64,000 nucleotides of DNA from a phage: the sequence record QB031382.1; one strand, 5' to 3'. A program made the position numbers and the translations under genes. The notes under the pieces were generated by a model. The model worked only from the letters and a program-made list of their open reading frames with translations, had not been told where the DNA came from and made no database searches. Position 1 is the stretch's first letter. Every line of letters starts with the position of its first letter. Shown here piece after piece: positions 36,732 to 46,310 of the stretch.

Positions 36732-37901
36732 TTATAGTTTACCCATGCTTGTTACTTTGCCGTCTGTTGAACCTGTCACTTTACGATTTAGCGGAACAGA
36801 AACAAAGTCAGGATAAATCCGCTCTGCAGAGCATTCTAAGGCCAATCGTTTCAAATCATAGTTAGGATCCCCAGGGTTCATGTTGACACCCTCCTCTAAG
36901 AAGAACAACACTTTAGGGAACACAGGTGTGATCCGTTCTTCACCAAGACCCATTTTGTGAACTTTCAAGTAGTTTTTGGTAATCATTCTACCAAAGACCG
37001 AAGTATCCAGCCCTAAACTTAATGTGATGAATGGGGTTTGCCCGTTGACAGAAGTTAACGTATTGATTTGGTAGAGCAAAGTTTGCATACTATCAAACAC
37101 GTCTTTATCTGTCATTTGCATTGCAACAGTCTCAGCATCTGGCAACCAATGTTCCTGACAAAATTTAAGGTTCTTCTCATAAGTTGCTTCAGCATACTGT
37201 GCCAAATAATGATCAATATGACTCATGGTCTGACCGCCATATTGAGCACTAGCTACTGCACTAGAGATTTGGCTAAGGATTGTTGTTGCAACCCCTATTG
37301 ACTTCGGCTTACTGACATGGGCGTTGCCAATGTTGAATCCGTTTTCCAGCATATCCGGATAATTTACCAAACAACAGTTTGTTAACGGACTGATCAGGTA
37401 GTCAAGATCATGCACATGGATGAAGCCTTTGTTGTGCTCTTCAGAGACACGGTCTGGCAGGATCTGTGTTGATGCAAGATGTTTGCTAAGGATGCCTGCA
37501 AGCAGGTCACGATGAGTATGCACATGATTAGTAGGCTTATTTGCGTTTTCTTTTGTAAATTCATCACAAGTACGATCCAAGAATCCGCTAATATCTGCAA
37601 GCAGTTTTCCACCTGCCTCTCTGTTATTATCTCTTGTCTGTCTATACTGGATGTATCCTCTGGCTGCACATTTTAAACCCATATCCATAAGAGCATCTTC
37701 AACAAGGATATGGATATTTTTTACAGAGATCGTGCACTGGTCGGTTGGCAGATTGTTGGCAACAACTTCATTAACCGCGCAGGCAATCCGGTAAGCTTCT
37801 TCTTCAGTATGTCCAGACTCAAGTAAGGCGGACTCTGCCGCCTTGATCACCTTAATTCCGTTATAAAACTCTTCTCTACCGTCCCGTTTTACAACTTTCA
37901 C
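36732..37901 (-). CDS. nrdD: anaerobic ribonucleotide reductase, N-terminal part
   Basis: N-terminal ATP-cone-like VKRDGREEFYNGIKV; frame closes at TAA 36732-36734 just before the HNH insertion. Confidence 0.7.
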   Translation of the reverse strand: MKVVKRDGREEFYNGIKVIKAAESALLESGHTEEEAYRIACAVNEVVANNLPTDQCTISVKNIHILVEDALMDMGLKCAARGYIQYRQTRDNNREAGGKLLADISGFLDRTCDEFTKENANKPTNHVHTHRDLLAGILSKHLASTQILPDRVSEEHNKGFIHVHDLDYLISPLTNCCLVNYPDMLENGFNIGNAHVSKPKSIGVATTILSQISSAVASAQYGGQTMSHIDHYLAQYAEATYEKNLKFCQEHWLPDAETVAMQMTDKDVFDSMQTLLYQINTLTSVNGQTPFITLSLGLDTSVFGRMITKNYLKVHKMGLGEERITPVFPKVLFFLEEGVNMNPGDPNYDLKRLALECSAERIYPDFVSVPLNRKVTGSTDGKVTSMGKL

Positions 37902-38176
37902 TTTTTCTCTCCAAAACCATTCTTAACAAAAGAGATGAAATCGTCAGCACCACCTATGTGGATACTGTCAAGGTTGCTTTCCAAGAAGATCTGAGGCAAC
38001 GTTCTGGGAACAAATGGGCTACACTTCTCGATAAGCTCTTCTTTTGTGTATCCTTCACCTAGCGTCTTGTATACGAAAGGTATGCCTTTGCTGACTGCAA
38101 ATTCTTTTGCTCTTACACAATGTGGGCAGTTATCCTTACCGTAAATGATGATGAAAAAAGATTTTTCGCAGCTCAT
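37898..38176 (-). CDS. glutaredoxin/NrdH-like redoxin
   Basis: CPHC active-site motif near N-terminus; 92 aa; sits between nrdB and nrdD. Confidence 0.7.
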   Translation of the reverse strand: MSCEKSFFIIIYGKDNCPHCVRAKEFAVSKGIPFVYKTLGEGYTKEELIEKCSPFVPRTLPQIFLESNLDSIHIGGADDFISFVKNGFGEKK

Positions 38177-38179
38177 ATA

Positions 38180-39268
38180 TTAAAACTCCCAAATTTCTTC
38201 TTCAGCGTCGTTAACAGTTGTGTTGACGCGGTAGTCAGTGTTCGACATTTCTTGGTTCGCCGTCTGTTGCAATGAAGGTTTCATCCACACCTGCATAAAC
38301 GGTAGCGGGTCCTTTGTTGGCGGCACAAAGTCTTTGTCGATGTCGTAATAATCATAAATCGGTGAGCAGTTATAGTCAACCCATTCTTTAAGCAACGGTG
38401 AATTAAGACCTATAATCGCTCTTCCTTCGCTGAAAATATAGTCACTCCAACCGTACTCCTTGGTCCGCACTTCGTCAAGAATTTCTTTTAACTCACCCTT
38501 AATCTCAAGAAAGCTTTGCTCCCATGCAGGATCATCAAGCAGAATATCGATGATAGCAAAATCACCTTTCGAATGCAGCATTTCGTCAAGCATAATTTTT
38601 TGAACAAGTTGCGCCACTTGAACAAAAATACCTTGCTCAGCTACTGCGAACGTACATGCAAAACTTGCAATAAACTCAATACTTTCTAGAGCTAAAAGTG
38701 CAAAAAGTGCTCTAAGGATACATTTCCGTACAACATCTTCTTCAACACTGGAAGGATCCAGTCGGTATTTTGCACCAATAACCTCAAGCTCTTGCATATA
38801 TTTGACAATAACTCCAGATCTGCTCAGCACGTTCTGGTTTTCCTGAATCTCTTCTATAATCTCACGAGCATTAGGAAGGCATTGTCTAACAATCTCTGAG
38901 TAAGTTAGTGCATGAAGAACCTCAATCTCAGACTGCTTCATCAACAAGGTGAAAAGCTCACTATTGGTGATAAATGGTGAAAACAGACAAATGATAGATC
39001 TTGCTGCAACACTGTCTGCCTCCCATTGCCACATCAGTGTCTGCACCATCACATCGTAAGTTGACTTTGAGCATGTTACGAAATCCGAAATAGACTGTGA
39101 CAAATCTACTTCGTCCTCTGCCCAATCTTGTTCTTTTTGTTTTTTGTATAGTTCAAACAGCTGTGGATACTTTTTGTTAATAGAGTCGTACATCCCCATC
39201 TGCTGTCCTAGAAACAGCGGATAATCACCAGTTTTATGAGCAGTGTTCTCAGTATTAAATACGGACAT
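38180..39268 (-). CDS. nrdB: ribonucleotide reductase class I beta subunit
   Basis: 362 aa directly downstream of nrdA; helical iron-site region LESIEFIASFACTFAVAEQG. Confidence 0.8.
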   Translation of the reverse strand: MSVFNTENTAHKTGDYPLFLGQQMGMYDSINKKYPQLFELYKKQKEQDWAEDEVDLSQSISDFVTCSKSTYDVMVQTLMWQWEADSVAARSIICLFSPFITNSELFTLLMKQSEIEVLHALTYSEIVRQCLPNAREIIEEIQENQNVLSRSGVIVKYMQELEVIGAKYRLDPSSVEEDVVRKCILRALFALLALESIEFIASFACTFAVAEQGIFVQVAQLVQKIMLDEMLHSKGDFAIIDILLDDPAWEQSFLEIKGELKEILDEVRTKEYGWSDYIFSEGRAIIGLNSPLLKEWVDYNCSPIYDYYDIDKDFVPPTKDPLPFMQVWMKPSLQQTANQEMSNTDYRVNTTVNDAEEEIWEF

Positions 39269-39285
39269 TATTCTACCTCTAAAAT

Positions 39286-39299
39286 GGGGCCGAAGCCCC
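39286..39299 (-). terminator. possible attenuator hairpin between nrdA and nrdB
   Basis: GGGGC-CGAA-GCCCC hairpin; only 4 U downstream on minus strand. Confidence 0.4.
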
Positions 39300-39306
39300 T
39301 TTTAAA

Positions 39307-41622
39307 TTACAGTGCACAACTTTCGCAATACGGATCTTCAACTGAACTATCTGCAATCAAAGGATAGTTCTTTCTGGTTTCATCTTCAGCCTGTTTCTTC
39401 GCGTGAAGCTCCTCTGTCAAAGAGTCACCAGCACCAACCCGAGAGTTTAAGTAATACCATGTCTTCATCCCGAATTTAGTAGCACGGATAAGATACCCAA
39501 GCTGCTCCTTCATTGAAATTTTACCATCTTTCAACTTGGTGTAATCAATATATAGGTCAGCACTGATTGCCTGTCCTGTGAATTTTTGAATCACAGCATA
39601 CATATCAATCATGTCGTTAGTATCAACGTCCCAAGCCGAGGTATAATACTCTTTCAGTTCATCATATTCAGGAACGATAAACAGCACCTGCCCTTGTGGC
39701 GACTTTTTAAAGATAATGTGCTCACGGACAGGATAAACCCCGTTAGTTGTGTTTGTTGCCAACGAAGAGCTTTCATTAGGCATATATGCTTCAAGAACGC
39801 TATTACGTAGTCCACCGTTTTCAATAATTTCTTTACGTAACCCTTCCCAATCCTGCTTAAGAGAAGGATCTTTCACCACACTATCGACCTCTTTGTTATA
39901 AGTGTCGATTGGTAACCAACCATCTGGGTATTTTGTTTTATGCATCCACTCGCAGACACCACGCTCTTTTGCCAATCGTAAACTTGCCTTATGCAAGCTG
40001 TAGCTGTGAAGCTCTGCAAGATCGTGAACAAGCTGTTTACTTTCAGGAGACCCGTAAGCAACCTTGTGGCTGGCAATAAAATGTGCAATATTGGTAAGGC
40101 CAACCCCGATGGATCTGCGTTTTTTAACAGTGCTCTCCATATTTTCATACGGATATGTCATGATTTCCATAACATTGTCAATCATAAGCACAGTGTAGTA
40201 TGCAACATCCTCATACTCCTCTGGGGTAACCCTTCCAGCTACAAGGGATGATAGGAAGCACAATGCAACCTCACCATCATCAGCATCGTACTTGAAGATA
40301 TTACGCATATCTGAATAGCCTTTTGTCGGAAGAGCTATCTCTGCACACAGATTACTTGAATAGATTACATCTTTAAAAGGTGTATGTCTATTCATCTCAT
40401 CTGTCCAGTACACATACAGTCTGCCCACCTCGGTACGCTGCGTGATCAGTTCAACAGCAAGGTCTCTAGCACGGATCCATGTTTTAGGAATGCTGTCATC
40501 TTTAGCGATACGATCAACCTCTGCATCAAACTCCTCCATAGACATGGTGAAGATACCCTCGTGCAGTTGAGGCGCGTGCTTATAGGAAACAAGCATCCAA
40601 TCTAAATTCTTAGCCACACGGTTGATAAATGACCTATTAATACCTATAGAGTAGTCCATAGTGTTGATTCTTTTTGAAGCAACAGTCATAGGGTTTCTCA
40701 AACGGATCAGTTCATCAATCTGTGGGTCTAGCGCAAGGAATGATACCGTTGCCGAACCTCCGCGTGATTGTTGTCTATTCTCCTTAACCCCGGCATCAAT
40801 GCCTCGATAATATGGAAGCTTACCCATATGTTTAATAGTGTTACCACGAACACCATCACCTGCAGATCTTGATGATAGATAGTAGCCAATACCTGCTTGG
40901 TTAACCGTCATTGTGTACGCAACTTCACGTGCCACGCCAATAGATTTTGCTGTATCGTCCGCTTTTATTACGCAACAAGATGCATACCCTGTCTTACCTG
41001 TGCGTAGACCGTTTAAGTACGGTGTCGGGGCATTAATCTTCAAGTCCGACAGATAAGTGTATAATTTTACAACATCGTCAATACGGCGTTCTTTAGGCAT
41101 ATTCTTCATGACAGCCATTGCTATCCCCATAAACATCATCTGGGGAGATTCAAACAGGGTGTCTTTAAGAGTATCCTTGATCCCGTATTTGTCGCGAAAC
41201 TGTTTAAGGACTGCATAGCCATAACCGAGATCTTTACTGTGATCAATAACAGCGTCTAAAGTGTTTAACTCGGTAAAGCTATAACCCATATCCTCCCAAT
41301 ACCCTTTATCAACCATGGTATTGTAAAATGAGGGTAAGGAAGGGATCTTTGTAAATCCTCCAAAAGCCTCTTTATAAATCTGACCAATAAGAACACGACC
41401 AGCCATGCGGGAATGTGCTTCGTCTTTACGGCTAACACAGGAGTCTATGATAGCTTGGTTAACTTCTTTTGTTGTACATCCATCATACAGCCGTTTGTAT
41501 GCATCGAGTGCAATATGTGACCAATTTCCGTTACCGTCGTCACCGAAAATAGCTGCCTTATTTAAACGTTCTGGATCGAATGTCACTTCACATCCGTTGC
41601 TTTTAATTACCTTGGTGATCAA
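39307..41622 (-). CDS. nrdA: ribonucleotide reductase class I alpha subunit
   Basis: 771 aa; ATP-cone start VIKSNGCEVTF; active-site SNLCAEIALPT; TTG start overlapping upstream stop, preceded by GGAGG. Confidence 0.9.
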   Translation of the reverse strand: MITKVIKSNGCEVTFDPERLNKAAIFGDDGNGNWSHIALDAYKRLYDGCTTKEVNQAIIDSCVSRKDEAHSRMAGRVLIGQIYKEAFGGFTKIPSLPSFYNTMVDKGYWEDMGYSFTELNTLDAVIDHSKDLGYGYAVLKQFRDKYGIKDTLKDTLFESPQMMFMGIAMAVMKNMPKERRIDDVVKLYTYLSDLKINAPTPYLNGLRTGKTGYASCCVIKADDTAKSIGVAREVAYTMTVNQAGIGYYLSSRSAGDGVRGNTIKHMGKLPYYRGIDAGVKENRQQSRGGSATVSFLALDPQIDELIRLRNPMTVASKRINTMDYSIGINRSFINRVAKNLDWMLVSYKHAPQLHEGIFTMSMEEFDAEVDRIAKDDSIPKTWIRARDLAVELITQRTEVGRLYVYWTDEMNRHTPFKDVIYSSNLCAEIALPTKGYSDMRNIFKYDADDGEVALCFLSSLVAGRVTPEEYEDVAYYTVLMIDNVMEIMTYPYENMESTVKKRRSIGVGLTNIAHFIASHKVAYGSPESKQLVHDLAELHSYSLHKASLRLAKERGVCEWMHKTKYPDGWLPIDTYNKEVDSVVKDPSLKQDWEGLRKEIIENGGLRNSVLEAYMPNESSSLATNTTNGVYPVREHIIFKKSPQGQVLFIVPEYDELKEYYTSAWDVDTNDMIDMYAVIQKFTGQAISADLYIDYTKLKDGKISMKEQLGYLIRATKFGMKTWYYLNSRVGAGDSLTEELHAKKQAEDETRKNYPLIADSSVEDPYCESCAL

Positions 41623-41849
41623 TTTGCTTCCTCCACTTCATCAACGTATTTATCAAGGCAGGTATCAGTATCTTGTTGGATAAAGGTATCCTCTTCTACG
41701 GAGATATTTATAATTTTACCTGTATACTCGTCATAATAAACATCATCATACATTTTAATATCGTTTGTCAGACCGTTGAACCAAAGCCAACCAACATATT
41801 CTGCCCGACTTGCAAAACCAAGATCCTTCCACTTGGAGTTATGACTCAT
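41619..41849 (-). CDS. hypothetical protein
   Basis: Track ORF 41619..41927 trimmed to ATG 41849 after AAGGTGG. Confidence 0.45.
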   Translation of the reverse strand: MSHNSKWKDLGFASRAEYVGWLWFNGLTNDIKMYDDVYYDEYTGKIINISVEEDTFIQQDTDTCLDKYVDEVEEAN

Positions 41850-41859
41850 CTTCACCACC

Positions 41860-42360
41860 TTAGCTTTCAATACCGAATAATTTTTCCAGGCGATGCAGAT
41901 CTTCAAAATTGAAAGGTTCATCAACAATATGAATATCTTCAGCCTTTTCAGATTGTTTTGTATACTTTCTTACATTAACACGATCTTCTACAGGGATATC
42001 ATAGGGGAGATCTTGAACAAGCATTGCCTCATCGGGTGCTTTATCTACATCTAAAATATCTACACCGTTATACATTTGCGGGTATCTAAAGTCTGCACGC
42101 ATGACACCAGCAAATACATCTGCCTTTCTATAATGTGTCGGCTTATTTTTGCATCGAACGTTTTTTCCACGAAGAACATCAATATTTTTTAAATCAAACC
42201 CTACAGCAAAGAGTGCAGCTCGGAGACCGTTTCGTGTGCGAACGTTAAATCCGGGAACAGTAGATAGGAAATCTAAAGTAACTGAAATAAATGTCTTTTT
42301 AGGAATCATAACATTACTCATATCTGTCTCCATTTCTGGCTCACCAACAAAGTGAGCCAT
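41860..42360 (-). CDS. hypothetical protein
   Basis: Track ORF. Confidence 0.5.
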   Translation of the reverse strand: MAHFVGEPEMETDMSNVMIPKKTFISVTLDFLSTVPGFNVRTRNGLRAALFAVGFDLKNIDVLRGKNVRCKNKPTHYRKADVFAGVMRADFRYPQMYNGVDILDVDKAPDEAMLVQDLPYDIPVEDRVNVRKYTKQSEKAEDIHIVDEPFNFEDLHRLEKLFGIES

Positions 42361-42419
42361 TATTATAGATTATCTAATACTATTAGTCAACACAAAAGTT
42401 ACCTATCGCTGTAATAGGA

Positions 42420-43403
42420 TTAACCTTTCATGAAGTGGTTATTAAGCAGCTGTCTGTGCTGAACCCACCCACAAAAGTTGGCAGACCAGAATTTACCATC
42501 ACGGTCTTGATGGGTTACACCTTCCTGCCAAACACAGCTGTCCTGTGTGATTTCACATGAAGACAGGTAGTAGTTTAAACGTTCCATTGCGTTATCGTGA
42601 TCCATAGGTGTTGCCTGGTGCTCGTAAGGGCTTGCATGAATACGATCCCCACCAATCAATTTTTTAGCCACACTGTCTGCCTTTTCAAACGTGCTGTCAA
42701 TATTTCGATAAGATACCTGTGCACAGCAACTAGCACTAATAGACAGAGCTTCTTTAGTATCGAGAATGCAGAGCTTTCCTTCTGTGTCACGTACAGCGTA
42801 GTTAAACTCTCCGTCCAAATAAACGTGCTCTACATATGGGGTGTGCCATTGACCCGGTTTAAGGATTTCAGGAGTGCTATTCCCAAGAGCCTCCCACATA
42901 CAATTAGCCAACATCTGAATTGTAGGATCCGCATCGTGCCAGCAACGGAGGTGGAAAAAATTATTCCACTCGGTGCTTGTTACAACTGTTTTCATGCGTT
43001 GAAAAGGTTCCACTAAGCGGTTACATACTTGCTTATGGTAACCAGCAAGGGCGAACTTCTCTGCATGCCAAGCGGCGTTTTTTGCAGCTTCTTTCCAAAA
43101 CTCTTCAGGGGTCATCTCCATGTCAGTGTATTCTACACGGATCTTTTGATCGTGTTCCCCTCCATCTTCCATTCCTCGCTTATTTACACCGAAGCGAACT
43201 GGCATTGCCGGATTCTCCACAATCTGCTGCAGCATCTTGCTGACAGGCACTGCACGAGAAGACATAGCGTTTCGGCTGAACATTCGATGTGTCATAAGCT
43301 CTGAGTGAATAATTCGAGGATATTCTAGCTCAAAAGTAGTGATACGCTTACCTTTCTCGGAAATGCTGTCGGCAATAATCTTTGCAGTGCACAGTTTTAG
43401 CAT
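42420..43403 (-). CDS. thyX: flavin-dependent thymidylate synthase
   Basis: THRMFSRNAMSSRA fits the ThyX RHR-x7-S signature; C-terminal HASPYEH. Confidence 0.65.
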   Translation of the reverse strand: MLKLCTAKIIADSISEKGKRITTFELEYPRIIHSELMTHRMFSRNAMSSRAVPVSKMLQQIVENPAMPVRFGVNKRGMEDGGEHDQKIRVEYTDMEMTPEEFWKEAAKNAAWHAEKFALAGYHKQVCNRLVEPFQRMKTVVTSTEWNNFFHLRCWHDADPTIQMLANCMWEALGNSTPEILKPGQWHTPYVEHVYLDGEFNYAVRDTEGKLCILDTKEALSISASCCAQVSYRNIDSTFEKADSVAKKLIGGDRIHASPYEHQATPMDHDNAMERLNYYLSSCEITQDSCVWQEGVTHQDRDGKFWSANFCGWVQHRQLLNNHFMKG

Positions 43404-43603
43404 TATTTAGCTCTCCTTGTTTTAATTTTGGAAATTTCGTCTGGGTTTATGTTGGCCTTAAATGCAAGGTATCTGTTAAACATATCGGAGCACATATCTT
43501 GGGTGATCCTAGAGGCATACACCAGCTTACCGCCCAGATCATACACCTCTATCCAGTCACCGTATCTGACTACAGGATCGCCACCTTTAGAACATCTACC
43601 CAT
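43403..43603 (-). CDS. hypothetical protein
   Basis: Track ORF. Confidence 0.45.
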   Translation of the reverse strand: MGRCSKGGDPVVRYGDWIEVYDLGGKLVYASRITQDMCSDMFNRYLAFKANINPDEISKIKTRRAK

Positions 43604-43604
43604 T

Positions 43605-44198
43605 TCAAATACCTTCTAAAAACTTCCCTATTTTATACCAGCTGTTAGCGGTATAGTCAACACTAACCTTCAACTCCTCGAATTGCTCGTAAGGAGTGTC
43701 TTTTAAGATTTTAATAACTTCAGGGCGTGAAGCGAATTGGTTCAGGTATTCATGCCTGTCGTCAATTATAACGTCTACAGCCACATTACCTTTGAAATGT
43801 GTGGCGTAGAAGCCGTGACCCTGGGTGTGATCGTCCAGATCCATAAAATCGCTGGTCCAACGCTTTAAGAACCTTGATTTAGATGCAAGGTGACCTTTCT
43901 TACATACAGAGATAAATGCAAGCTTGTGACCACGAGCCACCAAATCTTTCATAACCTCAATAGCCCCATCTTCAGGCTTAAGAAAGTCGTAGAGGAACGG
44001 GTCACTCCAGAAATCAAAAGGCCCTATGATGTTTTCTTTGGGGCGATCAGGCCAATATTTTGACAGATCGTAATACATCAGTCCGTTAGAAGGTTTAGCG
44101 ACTGTCTTGCTGGCTGGACCATATAAACGCTCTAGCCACTCCCACCATGCTGTTCCTGAGTCTACCAGTGTTAAATCTACATCAATTCCGATCAGCAT
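43605..44198 (-). CDS. HAD-family 5-prime(3-prime)-deoxyribonucleotidase-like
   Basis: N-terminal IDVDLTL (DxDxT) HAD motif. Confidence 0.55.
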   Translation of the reverse strand: MLIGIDVDLTLVDSGTAWWEWLERLYGPASKTVAKPSNGLMYYDLSKYWPDRPKENIIGPFDFWSDPFLYDFLKPEDGAIEVMKDLVARGHKLAFISVCKKGHLASKSRFLKRWTSDFMDLDDHTQGHGFYATHFKGNVAVDVIIDDRHEYLNQFASRPEVIKILKDTPYEQFEELKVSVDYTANSWYKIGKFLEGI

Positions 44199-44203
44199 TG
44201 TTC

Positions 44204-44806
44204 TCAGCCCTCTTTAGCATCAATATACTTGCACACAATCTCAGACGCGCACTCCCAAGGAGCTCCCTCAGGGTTAACAACATCAAACTCAATACCTTTT
44301 ATCCCGTTCTTCTCTAGGCTAAGGTAAGTTCTGGAATCATTTCCCCAATCATATCCTGCACGGTGGATACGGAACAGTAGAAGATCGCCACCTGTGCTGT
44401 ATGCGTACTCGCCAAGGCATGCCAGCTCCTCTTTGAAGCCACCATCGGAGTAAACAACAACCCCTTTACCTTCAGGGAAATCTTTCTTCAAGGATGCGAC
44501 TGCGGCCTTACCGAAAGCATCTTCACCAAAGATAGGTTTAATCAGATTTTCACTACAATGGATCATCCATTCTCGCGGAGAAACATGCTTGCCGTCTATC
44601 ATTAAGAACGGGCACGGTTCTTCTTTGTAGCGGCGATCATAAAGTGCATTCCACAACTGTGGTGAAATACCAGCTGCCTTAATTGCCACACTGAATAGCA
44701 TTTCCTTTACCTCGCGGTGATGCGAGTTTGGAATGGCTTCCAACAAAAGATCTGCGATATGGTCTTTTCCAGAACTTGGTGGAGCATTAAGAACAATAAT
44801 ATCCAT
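44204..44806 (-). CDS. deoxynucleoside monophosphate kinase-like
   Basis: N-terminal P-loop IIVLNAPPSSGKDHIADLL resembles T4 gp1 dNMP kinase. Confidence 0.55.
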   Translation of the reverse strand: MDIIVLNAPPSSGKDHIADLLLEAIPNSHHREVKEMLFSVAIKAAGISPQLWNALYDRRYKEEPCPFLMIDGKHVSPREWMIHCSENLIKPIFGEDAFGKAAVASLKKDFPEGKGVVVYSDGGFKEELACLGEYAYSTGGDLLLFRIHRAGYDWGNDSRTYLSLEKNGIKGIEFDVVNPEGAPWECASEIVCKYIDAKEG

Positions 44807-45009
44807 TAAAAACCTCCGTGGTATTCTTCAACTGCATCAATAATACTTTTACACTTATCTACCAGCTCGTTAGCTACTACAGCATCGTCTTCCCAAACAG
44901 CCTCCTCAATCTGATCAAGCAGTGATCGCATCTTCTTCATCATTTCTGGGATAAAGCTTTCTGAAAAGCTGTCTGGAATTGTTAACTCTGGTGTCATTGC
45001 GGTCTCCAA
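44806..45009 (-). CDS. hypothetical protein
   Basis: Track ORF. Confidence 0.45.
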   Translation of the reverse strand: METAMTPELTIPDSFSESFIPEMMKKMRSLLDQIEEAVWEDDAVVANELVDKCKSIIDAVEEYHGGF

Positions 45010-45024
45010 TCATACTGCACGTTA

Positions 45025-45483
45025 TTAGAAGTTTGTTTTTACACGTCTCTTTTCATCTACTTCGTTGTTAGCTAAAAGCGTTACAAAGTCTGTAAAACGA
45101 ACATGAAGAACTCTTTTCTTATCCAGGTATCCTAAAGCCACACCTGAGAAATTTAGCATTAAAGGGGCTAAAGAAGCTCTAGCACTGAGATGCTGCTGTT
45201 CAACTCTTCCAACACCCTTAGTATAAGAAGGGTTGAGATTGTAAGTTCTGAATCCAAGTTTTGTTGGAGCTTTAGAATTAAAAACAACTTTATAACGTTT
45301 CTTACTCAGCTTATGTTCCAGAATAAGCATTCCCTTTTCGCCACGGATAAGCTGAAAATCTGTAAAATGCTCTTTTAAGACAAAAGGTAGTGCCAGCCCC
45401 ATAGCCTGTCCCCTTTGCACAGCTGTCTCACCAAAAGCCTTTGCATCAGTAAGCTCTTTAGTCAAGTCTATACTTTTGATCAT
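45025..45483 (-). CDS. hypothetical protein
   Basis: Track ORF. Confidence 0.5.
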   Translation of the reverse strand: MIKSIDLTKELTDAKAFGETAVQRGQAMGLALPFVLKEHFTDFQLIRGEKGMLILEHKLSKKRYKVVFNSKAPTKLGFRTYNLNPSYTKGVGRVEQQHLSARASLAPLMLNFSGVALGYLDKKRVLHVRFTDFVTLLANNEVDEKRRVKTNF

Positions 45484-46264
45484 ACCTGGTCTCCAAAATG
45501 TATTGTAGTTCTTTCTTGCCTATACTCTTCATTCCAGCAGTCTTACCTGCTTCTTCTTGAAAAGAAGAATAGCATTCAGCAAACACTCTGTCAACACCAT
45601 CAACTAAAGATTTTATGAAATATGTTGATTCTTCAGATTTTGGGTCATCCTCCCCCAATACTTTTCCAGCATTATACCCGACACGTCTTATGCAGAAGTC
45701 GTAGTCATCTGGTGTGCTAAAAGAAAATAACTTATTCTCCCCAATCTCTACAGGATTCCTATTGCACACCTTTTTCTCCCAAATTTGGAAAACACATGGC
45801 ACGTCATAAGGTTTGCCGTTAAGTAAAAACGAGTTCTTGGGGCACCTTTCGCTGTAAATAAGGTGCATCGACATGTCAAGCCTGTTTGCAAAAAATATTT
45901 TTTCAAATGTCCGTGGCAAGATGAAGGCTATAGCCCCACCAGGCTCTAGCAATGATGCACAGTGGTTAAAGAACTTGCAAGCTAAAGACGAATTTTTGCC
46001 GAATGGAGGATTGCCTATGAAGACATCAGCCTTAGGGTACACCTCTAAGAAGTTTGCCTTAATACACGGTGTTGGGCCTTCAAATTCAGGATCTGGTACC
46101 AAATCGTACGACAGTATCTCTGAAAATAGTTTTGAAAAAGAACCCTTTCCAGCAGAAGGCTCAACGTATGCACAATTCCCATACCTAACTTTTACTTTAC
46201 CAACAAGATATTCTGCATACTCAGGGTCTGTGTAATATTTGTCGTTGGACTCTTTCTTGCTCAA
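45458..46264 (-). CDS. DNA N6-adenine methyltransferase-like
   Basis: YYTDP start, EPSAGKGSF (motif I-like), FIGNPPFG (motif IV). Confidence 0.65.
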   Translation of the reverse strand: MSKKESNDKYYTDPEYAEYLVGKVKVRYGNCAYVEPSAGKGSFSKLFSEILSYDLVPDPEFEGPTPCIKANFLEVYPKADVFIGNPPFGKNSSLACKFFNHCASLLEPGGAIAFILPRTFEKIFFANRLDMSMHLIYSERCPKNSFLLNGKPYDVPCVFQIWEKKVCNRNPVEIGENKLFSFSTPDDYDFCIRRVGYNAGKVLGEDDPKSEESTYFIKSLVDGVDRVFAECYSSFQEEAGKTAGMKSIGKKELQYILETRYDQKYRLD

Positions 46265-46269
46265 GGTGC

Positions 46270-46302
46270 CTCCAAAATGAAAAGGGGAGGCGCAAGCCTC
46301 CC
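46270..46302 (-). terminator. rho-independent terminator
   Basis: GGGGAGGC-GCAA-GCCTCCC hairpin; minus strand continues CUUUUCAUUUUGG. Confidence 0.7.
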
Positions 46303-46310
46303 TCTACTTG

